Program-made: the position numbers and the translations under genes
In this document: positions 1 to 9,192 of the stretch, in pieces
Layout: each line of letters begins with the position of its first letter
Position numbering within the stretch: position 1 is the stretch's first letter
Notes under the pieces: model-generated
Database searches by the model: none
The model's input: the letters and a program-made list of their open reading frames with translations, nothing else
What the model was told of the DNA's origin: nothing
IMG/VR virus record: IMGVR_UViG_2630968911_000005
DNA length: 27,633 nt
Origin: a virus
Lineage: Duplodnaviria > Heunggongvirae > Uroviricota > Caudoviricetes
Strand: one strand, 5' to 3'

Positions 1-1
1 A

Positions 2-1297
2 TTAATTTTTCATTGCTTCGTTATGGGGCATGGTTGGGGCAAACTCGCTTAACTGTGTATTTAACAAAGCTACCTGTGCATTATTGTTTTCAGACATCCA
101 TTTTCCGTATACCTGAAATACCATTTGCGCATCTGCATGGCCCATCTGGTTTGCTATAAATGCCGGGTTAGCACCAGCTGTCAGCGACCAGCAGGCATAA
201 GTATGTCTCGACTGATATGATTTTCGATGGCGGAGTCCGGCACGTTTTATCGCTGCGTCCCACATCTGCCTTATTGAGTCAACGGTAAAATGGTCACCAT
301 AATTTTTTACTCTCGCTGACACTTCAGGTTGAAAAACAAAGGTGCATTTATGTTTTTCTGTTCTGCCATACTCTCTGAGGTGAACATCAATGATATGCTC
401 TTTGCTCAGTCTCGTTAATGTCATCTGACTCCGGAGAGCGTCGATTGCTGGCTTAATAAGATGAATGACCCGATTGGTTCCCGCCTGTGTTTTTGGTACC
501 GTGAAACGGTCTTTTGCTAAATTTCTCCTGATCATCATTGTTCCATTTTTCAGATCTATGTCCTCCCATCCAAGTGCACACAGCTCACCAGGGCGAACGC
601 CAGTATAAACAGAAACACACCATAAATTTTTGGCTTGCTGATTTCTGCACGCATCGATAAGACGGATGAATTCCTCCCGCGAAAGAGGATCCGGAATGGT
701 TCTTGATTCCTTTAATGGCGAGATCCCCTTAAACGGGTTATCTGCCAGGTAACCGTTATCAACACCAAACTGGAACACGGCGTTAAGATTTGTCATGTAA
801 TTATTTACAGTTACAGCCGATCTCCCTGGTTGTGTAACAATATAGTTACTTTTGGGGATCTGGTATCCAGTCAGTAGCTCTTTACGAACCTCCAGTAATT
901 TTTCTTTATTAATCGATGAGGCAAGATTTTTTTCACCGATTATGCTCAGGATATTTTTGATGACGGCACGGTATGTGTTGAGTGATGTTTTTGCGACTTC
1001 AGTTTCTTTCAGTGCCAGAAATTTTTCAGCCAGTTCTTTTATGGTTAAATCTTGTCGAGTCTCACCAAATTTTTCCAGATTGCGTGAGGAGGGAAACTGT
1101 TTTGCATAGTCGAAAACACCAGTTTTTATTGCGTAACAAACAGAGGCGCGTAGCTCACCTGCAACGCGCCTGTTTTTTGCTGTGTCAGGAACCCCCAGGT
1201 TTTCCCTGACTCTTACGCCTTTATAAACAAACCAGATACGTAATTTCCCTCCATGGTTTTCCACGCCTGTCGGATATTTCATTTCAACTTCTCTCAT
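2..1297 (-). CDS. Phage tyrosine integrase (site-specific recombinase), apparently intact; alternative start at 1282 (MKYPTG...)
   Basis: 431-aa ORF with stop at 2-4. C-terminal region has tyrosine-recombinase-like motifs (SRHTYA ... MGHA ... VYGKW). Lies next to an Xis-like gene at the prophage end. Confidence 0.9.
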   Translation of the reverse strand: MREVEMKYPTGVENHGGKLRIWFVYKGVRVRENLGVPDTAKNRRVAGELRASVCYAIKTGVFDYAKQFPSSRNLEKFGETRQDLTIKELAEKFLALKETEVAKTSLNTYRAVIKNILSIIGEKNLASSINKEKLLEVRKELLTGYQIPKSNYIVTQPGRSAVTVNNYMTNLNAVFQFGVDNGYLADNPFKGISPLKESRTIPDPLSREEFIRLIDACRNQQAKNLWCVSVYTGVRPGELCALGWEDIDLKNGTMMIRRNLAKDRFTVPKTQAGTNRVIHLIKPAIDALRSQMTLTRLSKEHIIDVHLREYGRTEKHKCTFVFQPEVSARVKNYGDHFTVDSIRQMWDAAIKRAGLRHRKSYQSRHTYACWSLTAGANPAFIANQMGHADAQMVFQVYGKWMSENNNAQVALLNTQLSEFAPTMPHNEAMKN

Positions 1298-1316
1298 TAG
1301 TTAGTGTGGCTTTTAG

Positions 1317-1568
1317 TCAAGTAAGATGACGTCTTGGTCTTGCTGATGCCTGGCGCTCAATCCAGCGATCAATTTCTTCCAGGTTGTAAAAGCATGGACT
1401 GTTATCCCATGGCATACCGTCATGAGCGACATGCTTATATTCCCTTCCTTCCATAAACGATTTTTCCCGGGCCTTTTTTAACGTACCTTTTTTTATTCCT
1501 TTCAGCGCAATTAACTGCTCTTCGGATACCCATTTGCCGGGAGAGACAATCATGATTACTTCGCTCAT
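1317..1568 (-). CDS. Excisionase-like DNA-binding protein (Xis)
   Basis: 83-aa ORF directly upstream of int on the same strand. Contains GREYKHV, resembling the GREYLFH segment of lambda Xis as recalled. Confidence 0.65.
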   Translation of the reverse strand: MSEVIMIVSPGKWVSEEQLIALKGIKKGTLKKAREKSFMEGREYKHVAHDGMPWDNSPCFYNLEEIDRWIERQASARPRRHLT

Positions 1569-1640
1569 CGATTTCTTTATCTCTTACATCAGACGAGCGC
1601 CGGTTGCAGAATACCAGTCACAACCGGCGACAGTTGAACA

Positions 1641-2183
1641 TTAAGAATCAGCCTGACTCGGGATCAGTTTTTGCCAGATAACTGAAACGTATTTTGCCAG
1701 GTAACGGGCGTCATCAAGTGCATTATGGCGCTCACCTTCGAATGGAATAGCCGTTCTGGCATCGAAGTCTATGGCTTTCCCCAGCTCAACGATTGTGCGT
1801 ACATCGCGATCGTTGTAGTAACGCCACGGGCAGGGGATCCCCTGCCGTTCGTATGAACGGCGCAAAATCGTGTTGTCGAAGTTGGCTCCATTTCCCCAAA
1901 CCTGAACAAAAAATTCACCGGAGTTTTCGTCGATAAATTCTCGCAATTGTAACAGTGCATCATCTAACGGGATTTCATCGGTCATAATGGCAGATTGCGC
2001 TTCGCGTGATTGCTTAAGCCACCATTTAATGGTGTCCCGATCAATGACTCCGCCAGCAGTTTCCAGATCGATAGTCTTACTAAATTCCGGTCCCATATCT
2101 CCGGTTTGCGGATCGAAAAATATTGCACCTATTGAGATGATCGGGGCATCAGGATTTTTTCCCATGGTTTCAAGGTCGATCAT
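1641..2183 (-). CDS. DnaQ-like DEDDh 3'-5' exonuclease; start uncertain (longest ORF runs to 2333, overlapping the upstream gene)
   Basis: Exo I motif MIDLETMG and Exo III motif HNALDDARY are present. The internal ATG at 2181-2183 avoids overlap with the upstream gene, whose stop is at 2231. Confidence 0.8.
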   Translation of the reverse strand: MIDLETMGKNPDAPIISIGAIFFDPQTGDMGPEFSKTIDLETAGGVIDRDTIKWWLKQSREAQSAIMTDEIPLDDALLQLREFIDENSGEFFVQVWGNGANFDNTILRRSYERQGIPCPWRYYNDRDVRTIVELGKAIDFDARTAIPFEGERHNALDDARYLAKYVSVIWQKLIPSQADS

Positions 2184-2230
2184 TAGATGGTCACACGTCC
2201 TGCTGGTGGATGTGATTTCGTGATGACCGT

Positions 2231-4111
2231 TCACCTTAATTGGGTGATCTGCCGTCTCGCCAGTTTCATTATCGCTATTGTGATGCTGATTGCCGCCAGT
2301 GTTCTCCTTGTGTGGATGTTCAGCGCCTTCCATTTCCTCCGGATCATCTCCTGAACTTCAACCTGATACTCTTCATCGAATGTTTCTTGGTATGTTGCGT
2401 CGCCCATCACCGCGCCACAATCAGGGCAGTTGCCGCCGCCGGTCTGACCGCAGGCGGTGCAGGCTTTTTCCACTTCCTGTTGCGCCACTGGTTCAGGCTG
2501 TTTCGTTTCTGGCTCGTTTTGTAACGCATTTGGACTGTTTTGTTCCGCTTTTTGGTAGTTCCGTTCCGATTCATGCTGGTTCTGGTTCACAGAATCGCGG
2601 GTCTGGAGCCCCTTAACCCATTTCGGATCATTCGGGTCACTAATCCCTTCAACAAATTCACCACGTGATGCAGCAAGCAACTTATCGGCGTCAGGCTGGC
2701 TGATATTGGCTGCCTGCATAATTTTGTTTACTTCGTCAGCGGTAACTTTTATCGGCTCTGGTTGTTCTGAATCTTCAGCGGTATCTACATTTTGCGGTAA
2801 GCCCGTGTATGTGCCATTTTTTCGGGCAAAATATTCTTCTTTTGTGATTTCAGTGGCGCCAGCAGCCAGTGCCTTATCCAGACCAGAGAGTTTGTTTGCG
2901 CGACCGTATTTTTCTCCGTCCTTATCTGCGAAGAGGAAATAGAACGGCCCCTCACGCTCTACAGATGGTTCAGCTTCCGGCGCGGTTTCATTTTTTGGGA
3001 TATCAGATACCTCAGTTTCCACTGCATCAGTTTGTGTTTCTGATGACTGGAGAACATCAACAGTGCCCAGGTCTGTTTCTTCATTCTCAAACACGCCCTT
3101 TGTCGTCAGGTATTCGCAGATATATTTGTTCAGTGCTACGGGATCTTTGTGAATGTCGATCGGACGCTCACGGACAAGGCCAAAAATAGTTTGGCGGTCG
3201 TAGCGAAGGGCATCAGGCTGTTTGCGCATTGATGCCGAGATACGCTTCCAGTCTTCGCGGTCGTTGTCGATAACTTCTTTTTTTGCCCAGCGATGGATGC
3301 TGCCGTCAATGTTTCCGGCATCCACATCACTAGGCCAGAGAGCGTAGGCCAGTTCGTCATCCAGTGTTTTCCATGTCTGCTTGTATTCGCGATGAATGGC
3401 AGCAATGACCGGGCTGATTTTTCCTGTTGAATTTTCAGTGTACTGTTGATTGGCTCTGGCGCGGGCGAGATCAACAACAGACGTGTATTTTCCGGTTTCC
3501 TTGCGTTCACCTTCGCGACGTTTTTTCCAGATGCGCATCTCTGCCTGAATTTCGGGCCATTTAGCACCAGGAATACATTTATGCTTAACCCACCCAATGG
3601 CGTGCAACTTAAGCTCCGGATACATGGCGTTAACTTCTGGCATTTTCATCAACGCTTCAACGATATGTCCGTCGAATGTTGCCATGTCTTCCTGCAACAA
3701 TTCCTGTGCGCTAATAACCATATCAACGGTGATGTTTTCACATGTGTCGAACTTAACCATGACAGCGTTCTGTACTTCAGGGGCCAGCTTGTCAAAAGTG
3801 ACGTTCATCGGATCGGATTCAGTCTCAACCGGGACAAAAGAAGCAGACTCCTCATCCCAGCGGTTTTCCTGCATATATTCAGCATCCCATGAATCGAGGG
3901 CAGGGCGGGGTATGCCAGGTTTATCCTCGCAGACAATAAATTTATAAGCGCAGTCCTGAGCAGCCGGATAATGTTCCAGGAATTGCCAGTGAAATTTTGC
4001 TCGAGCACGGCGTTCGTCGCCAGCTTCAATGGCTGTGGCTACAGCCACAGCGCCTTCTTCCCTTGTTGCCAGTTCGTCAGGAATAGCGGCGCAAATAAAG
4101 ACTTTACTCAT
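2231..4111 (-). CDS. Large early-operon protein, RecE (exonuclease VIII) N-terminal-region-like, ending in a Cys4 zinc ribbon; no recognisable nuclease domain
   Basis: Long ORF; ATG at 4109-4111 (MSKVF...) is preceded by GAGG 9 nt upstream. Internal segment KLLAASRGEFVEGISDPNDPKWVKGLQTRD resembles RecE as recalled. C-terminus has CTACGQTGGGNCPDCG. The acidic central region is low complexity. Confidence 0.6.
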   Translation of the reverse strand: MSKVFICAAIPDELATREEGAVAVATAIEAGDERRARAKFHWQFLEHYPAAQDCAYKFIVCEDKPGIPRPALDSWDAEYMQENRWDEESASFVPVETESDPMNVTFDKLAPEVQNAVMVKFDTCENITVDMVISAQELLQEDMATFDGHIVEALMKMPEVNAMYPELKLHAIGWVKHKCIPGAKWPEIQAEMRIWKKRREGERKETGKYTSVVDLARARANQQYTENSTGKISPVIAAIHREYKQTWKTLDDELAYALWPSDVDAGNIDGSIHRWAKKEVIDNDREDWKRISASMRKQPDALRYDRQTIFGLVRERPIDIHKDPVALNKYICEYLTTKGVFENEETDLGTVDVLQSSETQTDAVETEVSDIPKNETAPEAEPSVEREGPFYFLFADKDGEKYGRANKLSGLDKALAAGATEITKEEYFARKNGTYTGLPQNVDTAEDSEQPEPIKVTADEVNKIMQAANISQPDADKLLAASRGEFVEGISDPNDPKWVKGLQTRDSVNQNQHESERNYQKAEQNSPNALQNEPETKQPEPVAQQEVEKACTACGQTGGGNCPDCGAVMGDATYQETFDEEYQVEVQEMIRRKWKALNIHTRRTLAAISITIAIMKLARRQITQLR

Positions 4112-4203
4112 TTGTTTTAACCTCATGACAGATTTAAGGATGAACAAATCCCTGCCATTGCTGGCATATAAGAATGAAACCGGATATTTATTACGGAACT
4201 GTT

Positions 4204-4395
4204 TTAAAGACCTGCCGGGATTTCGATATTATCCTGGTGAATAACTTTATCGACCGGGTAACAGTTACCGGGAATTTTCTGTTCGGTTGCTGCAGTCATA
4301 CACTCCTGCATTGTCCTGTGAACACTGACTGCAATATCAACTGGCTCTCCGGAAACAAGAAAAACTGTCAGAACAAGCACAAATGCTGAATTCAT
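4204..4395 (-). CDS. Small hypothetical protein with N-terminal signal-peptide-like hydrophobic segment
   Basis: 63-aa ORF (MNSAFVLVLTVFLVSG...). Its ATG overlaps the stop of the upstream gene (ATGA, 4392-4395), suggesting translational coupling. Confidence 0.5.
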   Translation of the reverse strand: MNSAFVLVLTVFLVSGEPVDIAVSVHRTMQECMTAATEQKIPGNCYPVDKVIHQDNIEIPAGL

Positions 4396-4580
4396 TGTGC
4401 ACATCCTTTTGGCATCAGACGTAAACGAGCCAGCATTGAAACAATGCATATTTTATTTAATAGCTCCCGTTCTTGTTTTCTCTTGTTAATGGCATCTTCA
4501 GTAAATACTGGGTTACTGATAGTGACACCAATTTCAAAACAACCTTCAGACGTATTAACGTTTGGTAATAACGTTTTCAT
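4392..4580 (-). CDS. Small hypothetical early-region protein (62 aa)
   Basis: ATG at 4578-4580 with GAGGA about 9 nt upstream. Sits where lambdoid phages carry kil/cIII-like small genes. Function not recognisable. Confidence 0.5.
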   Translation of the reverse strand: MKTLLPNVNTSEGCFEIGVTISNPVFTEDAINKRKQERELLNKICIVSMLARLRLMPKGCAQ

Positions 4581-4663
4581 TATCGCGTCCTCAACAATGA
4601 ATTTTGTGATGCAGTGCCTGGTGCCTCCAGGTGACGTTAACCAGTTAACAATTAACGCCGGAT

Positions 4664-4993
4664 ATGTGCTGTGGCAGCCGCATGTTCTGGTTCGATAAGT
4701 CTGACGAACGGGCGATATTCAGCGATATCAGAAAAGAAGGATACACATTACGCAATGGGAGACGCTTGATTATCAGCCCTGACATTATCGCAGATTTTCG
4801 TGCATTATCATTTGCAGACGCATCTTTTTCGATGGTTGTATTAGACCCTCCGCATCTTGAGAGTGTTGGTGATAACGCCTGGATGGGAAAGAAATATGGA
4901 CGGCTGAATAAAGATGCCTGGCGTGATGATTCGCGACAGAGATTTAAAGAAGCCTTTCGGGTGTTGAGGCCGCACGGCGTTCTGATTTTTTAA
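4664..4993 (+). pseudogene. Truncated DNA N6-adenine/N4-cytosine methyltransferase fragment (DPPH motif)
   Basis: ORF contains SFSMVVLDPPH followed by RVLRPHGVLIF, the pattern of amino-methyltransferase motif IV and a downstream block. It stops right after, with no continuation in any frame. Confidence 0.5.
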
Positions 4994-5415
4994 TGGAATG
5001 AAACGCAAATACCGGTAAGCCAGATTCTGGCACTGACAGACAGAAAACCTGTTATCTGTCAACGAACAGGGAAAAAACGATAAAACCCACTGGATTATTT
5101 TTATGAAAGAGGCATCCAGTGAGTAGATTCGTAAGGCTACAGATACGTATATCTGAATAATTAAATTCAGTTCTGTAAATAAAATTTAATCCTTAACCGG
5201 ATGGATTTCTGCACCCTCAGAACATCAGGAGGCCGCCCGAAAGGGCGGTAGTGAAATGCGAAAGTTCAAAATTATTATTGAAACGGGAATAGCTGGTGGA
5301 GATTTTGAGGATGTATTCGAAGTGGACGATGACGCAACACCTGAGGAAATTCATGACGGAGCATAAGAAATTTTCTTTAACTACTGCAATTACTCATACC
5401 ACGAAATAAAAGACG

Positions 5416-5607
5416 ATGAGGAAGAACAAAGTGGCTGATTTTTGTTCAGCTAAATATAACATCAGTTTTGAAGAGCGGGATGAACTATTAATGGACTATG
5501 GTGAGTTACGCGGTGGAAGTGCTGCTGATGTCGAATCCTAGCGTGATGACTATGAAGCGGGAAAAACTCCGGTCGAAGCATATTGTGATGAGTGGGGCGA
5601 TGAATGA
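5416..5607 (+). pseudogene. Small ORF with in-frame amber codon (TAG 5539-5541); read-through frame stays open to TGA 5605-5607
   Basis: Manual translation: MRKNKVADFCSAKYNISFEERDELLMDYGELRGGSAADVES-TAG-RDDYEAGKTPVEAYCDEWGDE. The extended frame ends in an ATGA overlap with the next ORF. Confidence 0.3.
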
Positions 5608-5891
5608 GCGAGATTAATTATCAGGAAGGGCATGAAACGGCGGGGCAAGCAAAACCAGTGGCATGGCGATATCGCTACGTGAAAAAAGGCGTTACGGACT
5701 TTCAGGGGAAGTAGTGGTCTGGTGACTGGAAATATGTACCGAAAAAAGAGGATTGTAACGACAGGCCGAACTATCAAATTCAGGCCTTATTCACTGCCTC
5801 ACCAGTCCCAGTTACATCAGAAGAACTGGTTAAAGCTGTGCACTTTTATGAACAACTAAAACGCGAAAATCCACCAACATCCGGCAACTAG
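5604..5891 (+). pseudogene. Small ORF with in-frame amber codon (TAG 5712-5714); 95-codon frame if read through
   Basis: Manual translation: MSEINYQEGHETAGQAKPVAWRYRYVKKGVTDFQGK-TAG-WSGDWKYVPKKEDCNDRPNYQIQALFTASPVPVTSEELVKAVHFYEQLKRENPPTSGN. The downstream segment reads like protein and has no stops for 58 codons. Confidence 0.3.
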
Positions 5892-6145
5892 ATTAATGGA
5901 TTAACTATGTCGGTTAAACGACCAGCCAACTGAAAAAGCGGAAACCTGATTACAGGTTGCCAGATAAGGCAATGAGCTACCTGGCGCGGAACGGACTGAT
6001 AAGTATGGGGAATGTTTTACGATGAACCTTTAGACTAAAGAGTTTGTAACGCTATGTAAGTGATTTTTTCTGGTTTAGATATTTATATGTCCGGCCAAAT
6101 TGAGGTGTGTTTAAATGTAATTGCACATTGATTGTAGGAGGAATA

Positions 6146-6325
6146 ATGAAAAACGCATTGCAGTTTTTGTTTGTTGCGTTCTGGTTGTTCGCATCATGTA
6201 TGCCCATCATCTTCACAGCAAGGTATATGGAAAAAGTTGATGTTTTGATATTAATATTTGGATATATAAATGCCCTTTTTTTAGGGGTGTTCATGGCGGT
6301 CATGTGCATTGAATACTGGCGGTAA
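6146..6325 (+). CDS. Small hydrophobic protein (59 aa, two predicted transmembrane segments)
   Basis: ATG at 6146 preceded by AGGAGG 6 nt upstream. Product MKNALQFLFVAFWLFASCMPIIFTARYMEKVDVLILIFGYINALFLGVFMAVMCIEYWR. Confidence 0.45.
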   Translation: MKNALQFLFVAFWLFASCMPIIFTARYMEKVDVLILIFGYINALFLGVFMAVMCIEYWR

Positions 6326-6659
6326 ATACAGCGAACTCCATTGGTTTAGTTGGATATTTACTGTGCTGGACAAAAACGGTTTGCGGGGAAATCTTAGTTA
6401 AGTAGAATGACTGCGGGTGCTTGAGGCTATCTGCCTCGGGCATGGACACCAACGGCAGATAGAGAAAAGCCCCAGTTAACATTACGCGTCCTGCAAGACG
6501 CTTAACATTAATCTGAGGCCAATTTCATGCTAGACACATGTAGGTTAGCCTCTTACGTGCCGAAAGGCACGGAGAAGCAGGCTATTGTTAACACCAAGCT
6601 GTAATGTCCCCTTTGAACCATTCTAAAATGTCCCCAGACAATTCTCTGGGGGATTTTTC

Positions 6660-7973
6660 ATGATCAAAGAGACTGTTACGATGAGTCATAAGGAACTCCA
6701 CCGACTTCAGATTATTCAGGAACAAGCTGCGGCACGCATTGGCATTTCTATTCGGCAGGTTAAACGTCTGGTGCAACGGTATAGAAATGAAGGGCCTTCT
6801 GGTCTGGTTTCCCACCGACGTGGAAAGCGTCCTAATAATTCCTTTTCTACTGAATTCAGAGCAACAGTAATTTCACTCCTCAAAGGCCGTTACGCTGATT
6901 TTGGACCTACGTTTGCGTGCGAAAAATTGCGCGAGATACACGGTTTATCTTTATCCGTTGAAACTCTCAGAAAGTGGATGATAGAAGAGGGGTTATGGCG
7001 TGAACGCCGTCGTAAAATTGCCCGTATATATCAACGCCGCATGCGACGACCATCTTACGGTGAACTGATCCAGATTGATGGCTCACCTCATGACTGGTTT
7101 GAAAATCGAGGCCCCAGATGTACACTGATCGTTTTCATTGATGATGCCACCAGTGCGTTGATGGCGTTGCGTTTTGTGCCTGCTGAAACAACCCGGGCTT
7201 ACATGGAAACCCTCCGGGGTTACCTTAATGATCATGGCGTACCGCTCGCTCTCTACTCTGATAGACACAGTATATTCAGGGTAAATAACCCAGAGCGGGA
7301 AGGTGAGCTGACCCAGTTCACTCGTGCGATAAAGACACTGGGCATCGAGCCAATCCATGCCAACAGCCCGCAGGCAAAAGGGCGGGTAGAGCGCGCCAAT
7401 CAGACACTACAGGACAGGCTGGTCAAAGAAATGCGGCTTCAGAATATCAGTGATATTGAAACAGCAAATGCATGGTTGCCGACCTTTATTGAAGCCTATA
7501 ACAACCGGTTCGCTACGTCGCCTCGTACTACTGATAATGCTCATCTTGATGTGCACCATTCTGAAGAGGAACTGGGTTATATCTTCAGCCTACAGGCGAA
7601 GCGCGTTCTGTCTAAAAATCTCACTTTCCAGTACAAAAGCAGTGCGTTTCAGGTACGCAGTGAGGGCCGGGGATATCGACTTAGGCATTCGGTTGTTACT
7701 GTATGCGAGAACTTTGACGGTGAAATTAACGTTCTGTATGACGGGAAAGCGCTGGGCTGGGAAAAGTATGTTGATGGCCCGGAGCCTATACCACTGGATG
7801 ATGAAAAGAGTGTCCATGAACGAGTGGATAATGCCCGTATTGATTTACGCTCAAAATACTATGTTAAACCTAAAGCTGACCATCCCTGGCTTACGCGCCG
7901 AACGCAAAGTCATCAGCAAGTTAAGCCCCCGAAGTTACCTAAAAAGAAGCCTGATCCCGATAAAAAAGATTGA
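6660..7973 (+). CDS. DDE transposase/integrase, rve superfamily with N-terminal HTH; IS481-family or ISNCY(IS1202-group)-like
   Basis: 437-aa ORF. N-terminal pattern RQVKRLVQRYRNEGPSGLVSHRRGKRP; catalytic D (IQIDGS), D (LYSDRHSIF) and E (GRVERANQTLQ). RBS GGGGGA upstream of ATG. Confidence 0.8.
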   Translation: MIKETVTMSHKELHRLQIIQEQAAARIGISIRQVKRLVQRYRNEGPSGLVSHRRGKRPNNSFSTEFRATVISLLKGRYADFGPTFACEKLREIHGLSLSVETLRKWMIEEGLWRERRRKIARIYQRRMRRPSYGELIQIDGSPHDWFENRGPRCTLIVFIDDATSALMALRFVPAETTRAYMETLRGYLNDHGVPLALYSDRHSIFRVNNPEREGELTQFTRAIKTLGIEPIHANSPQAKGRVERANQTLQDRLVKEMRLQNISDIETANAWLPTFIEAYNNRFATSPRTTDNAHLDVHHSEEELGYIFSLQAKRVLSKNLTFQYKSSAFQVRSEGRGYRLRHSVVTVCENFDGEINVLYDGKALGWEKYVDGPEPIPLDDEKSVHERVDNARIDLRSKYYVKPKADHPWLTRRTQSHQQVKPPKLPKKKPDPDKKD

Positions 7974-8005
7974 AACCAAGATCGATTCGGTTGAGTGCAT
8001 TGATC

Positions 8006-8896
8006 CTACCCACGTAATATGGACACAGGCCTAAGCGAGGTTCTGGTTTTCAATTGTTCCGGACTGAGGCCGCCACACCAACTGTGCCGCCGCCACCGAT
8101 TGTAATCACATTCGATATAATTAAATACCGTTGCCCGCATTATTTCCCGGCTGATAAAGTGTTTTCCATGGATACATTCCACTTTCAGCGAATGAAAGAA
8201 GCTTTCCACGCAGGCATTATCGTAGCAGCAACCTTTTGCGCTCATACTTCCACGCAGATTATGCCGCTTCAGTTGCGCCTGATAATCTGCTGAACAGTAC
8301 TGGCCTCCACGGTCCGTGTGAACGATAACGTTCCGGGGCCTCTTACGCCGCCACAGCGCCATCTGCAGGGCATCGCAGGCCAGTTGCGCCGTCATGCGTG
8401 GCGACATTGACCAGCCAATAACGGCACGTGACCACAGGTCAATGACCACTGCCAGATACAGCCAGCCTTCATCTGTACGTAAGTACGTGATGTCTCCTGC
8501 CCACTTCTGGTTCGGGCCACTGGCGTAAAAATCCTGCTCCAACAGATTTTCTGACACAGGCAGGCCGTGTGCGCGGTAGCTGACCGGGCTGAACTTCCGG
8601 GAGGCCTTTGCCCTCAGTCCCTGACGGCGCAGGCTTGCCGCCACGGTTTTTACGTTAAAGGGGTAACCCTGAGCACGCAGTTCATCCGTCAGGCGTGGGG
8701 CACCGTAACGCTGTTTTGACCGGGTAAAAGCCGCGAGGACAACGCTGTCGCAGTGTTGGCGGAACTGCTGACGCGTGCTTATCCTTGTCCGCCGCTGACA
8801 CCACGTATACCAGCCGCTGCGGGCCACCCGGAGCACGCGGCACATTGCTTTGATGCTGAACTCAGCCTGATGTTTTTCAATAAAGACATACTTCAT
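8006..8896 (-). CDS. insF: IS3 transposase OrfB (InsF), DDE integrase core
   Basis: Protein matches IS3 InsF as recalled ([21 protein letters not shown] ... DRGGQYCS ...) except at the extreme C-terminus. Confidence 0.9.
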   Translation of the reverse strand: MKYVFIEKHQAEFSIKAMCRVLRVARSGWYTWCQRRTRISTRQQFRQHCDSVVLAAFTRSKQRYGAPRLTDELRAQGYPFNVKTVAASLRRQGLRAKASRKFSPVSYRAHGLPVSENLLEQDFYASGPNQKWAGDITYLRTDEGWLYLAVVIDLWSRAVIGWSMSPRMTAQLACDALQMALWRRKRPRNVIVHTDRGGQYCSADYQAQLKRHNLRGSMSAKGCCYDNACVESFFHSLKVECIHGKHFISREIMRATVFNYIECDYNRWRRHSWCGGLSPEQLKTRTSLRPVSILRG

Positions 8897-9192
8897 TTCA
8901 GGCGCTTCGCGAAGTATGTCGCGGCCTTTTGGAGGATAGCCAGCTCTTCATCCCGTTCTGCCAGCTGGCGTTTGAGACGTGCAATCTCGGTAGACATCTC
9001 CAGTTCACGTTCAGAAGACGTCTGCTGATTTTGCTGTTTACTGCGCCAGTTGTAGAGCAGTGATTCATACAGGCTGAGTTCACGGGCTGCGGCAGTAACA
9101 CCGATGCGTTCAGCAAGCTTCAGGGCTTCACTGCGAAATTCAGGCGAATGCTGTTTACGGGGTTTTTTACTGGTTGATACTGTTTTTGTCAT
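8893..9192 (-). CDS. insE: IS3 transposase OrfA (InsE), HTH protein
   Basis: [32 protein letters not shown]... matches IS3 OrfA as recalled. The ORF track begins 3 codons upstream (9201). Confidence 0.9.
   Translation of the reverse strand: MTKTVSTSKKPRKQHSPEFRSEALKLAERIGVTAAARELSLYESLLYNWRSKQQNQQTSSERELEMSTEIARLKRQLAERDEELAILQKAATYFAKRLK

Noticed and set aside
852-1209. Plus-strand ORFs 852-1109 and 982-1209 inside the integrase gene
   Set aside because: Antisense to a well-supported integrase ORF, with no independent support.
2240-4029. Several 70-150-aa ORFs inside or antisense to the large early gene (2240-2524, 2290-2616, 2706-2942, 2869-3189, 3136-3597, 3446-3892, 3597-3947, 3805-4029)
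   Set aside because: All are nested in the long ORF on the minus strand, have no ribosome-binding sites and give Cys/Ser/Pro-rich or low-complexity products.
7450-8034. 194-aa plus-strand ORF running from the transposase gene into the IS3 terminal repeat
   Set aside because: It overlaps the transposase gene in another frame and crosses the IS3 boundary, so it cannot be one ancestral gene.
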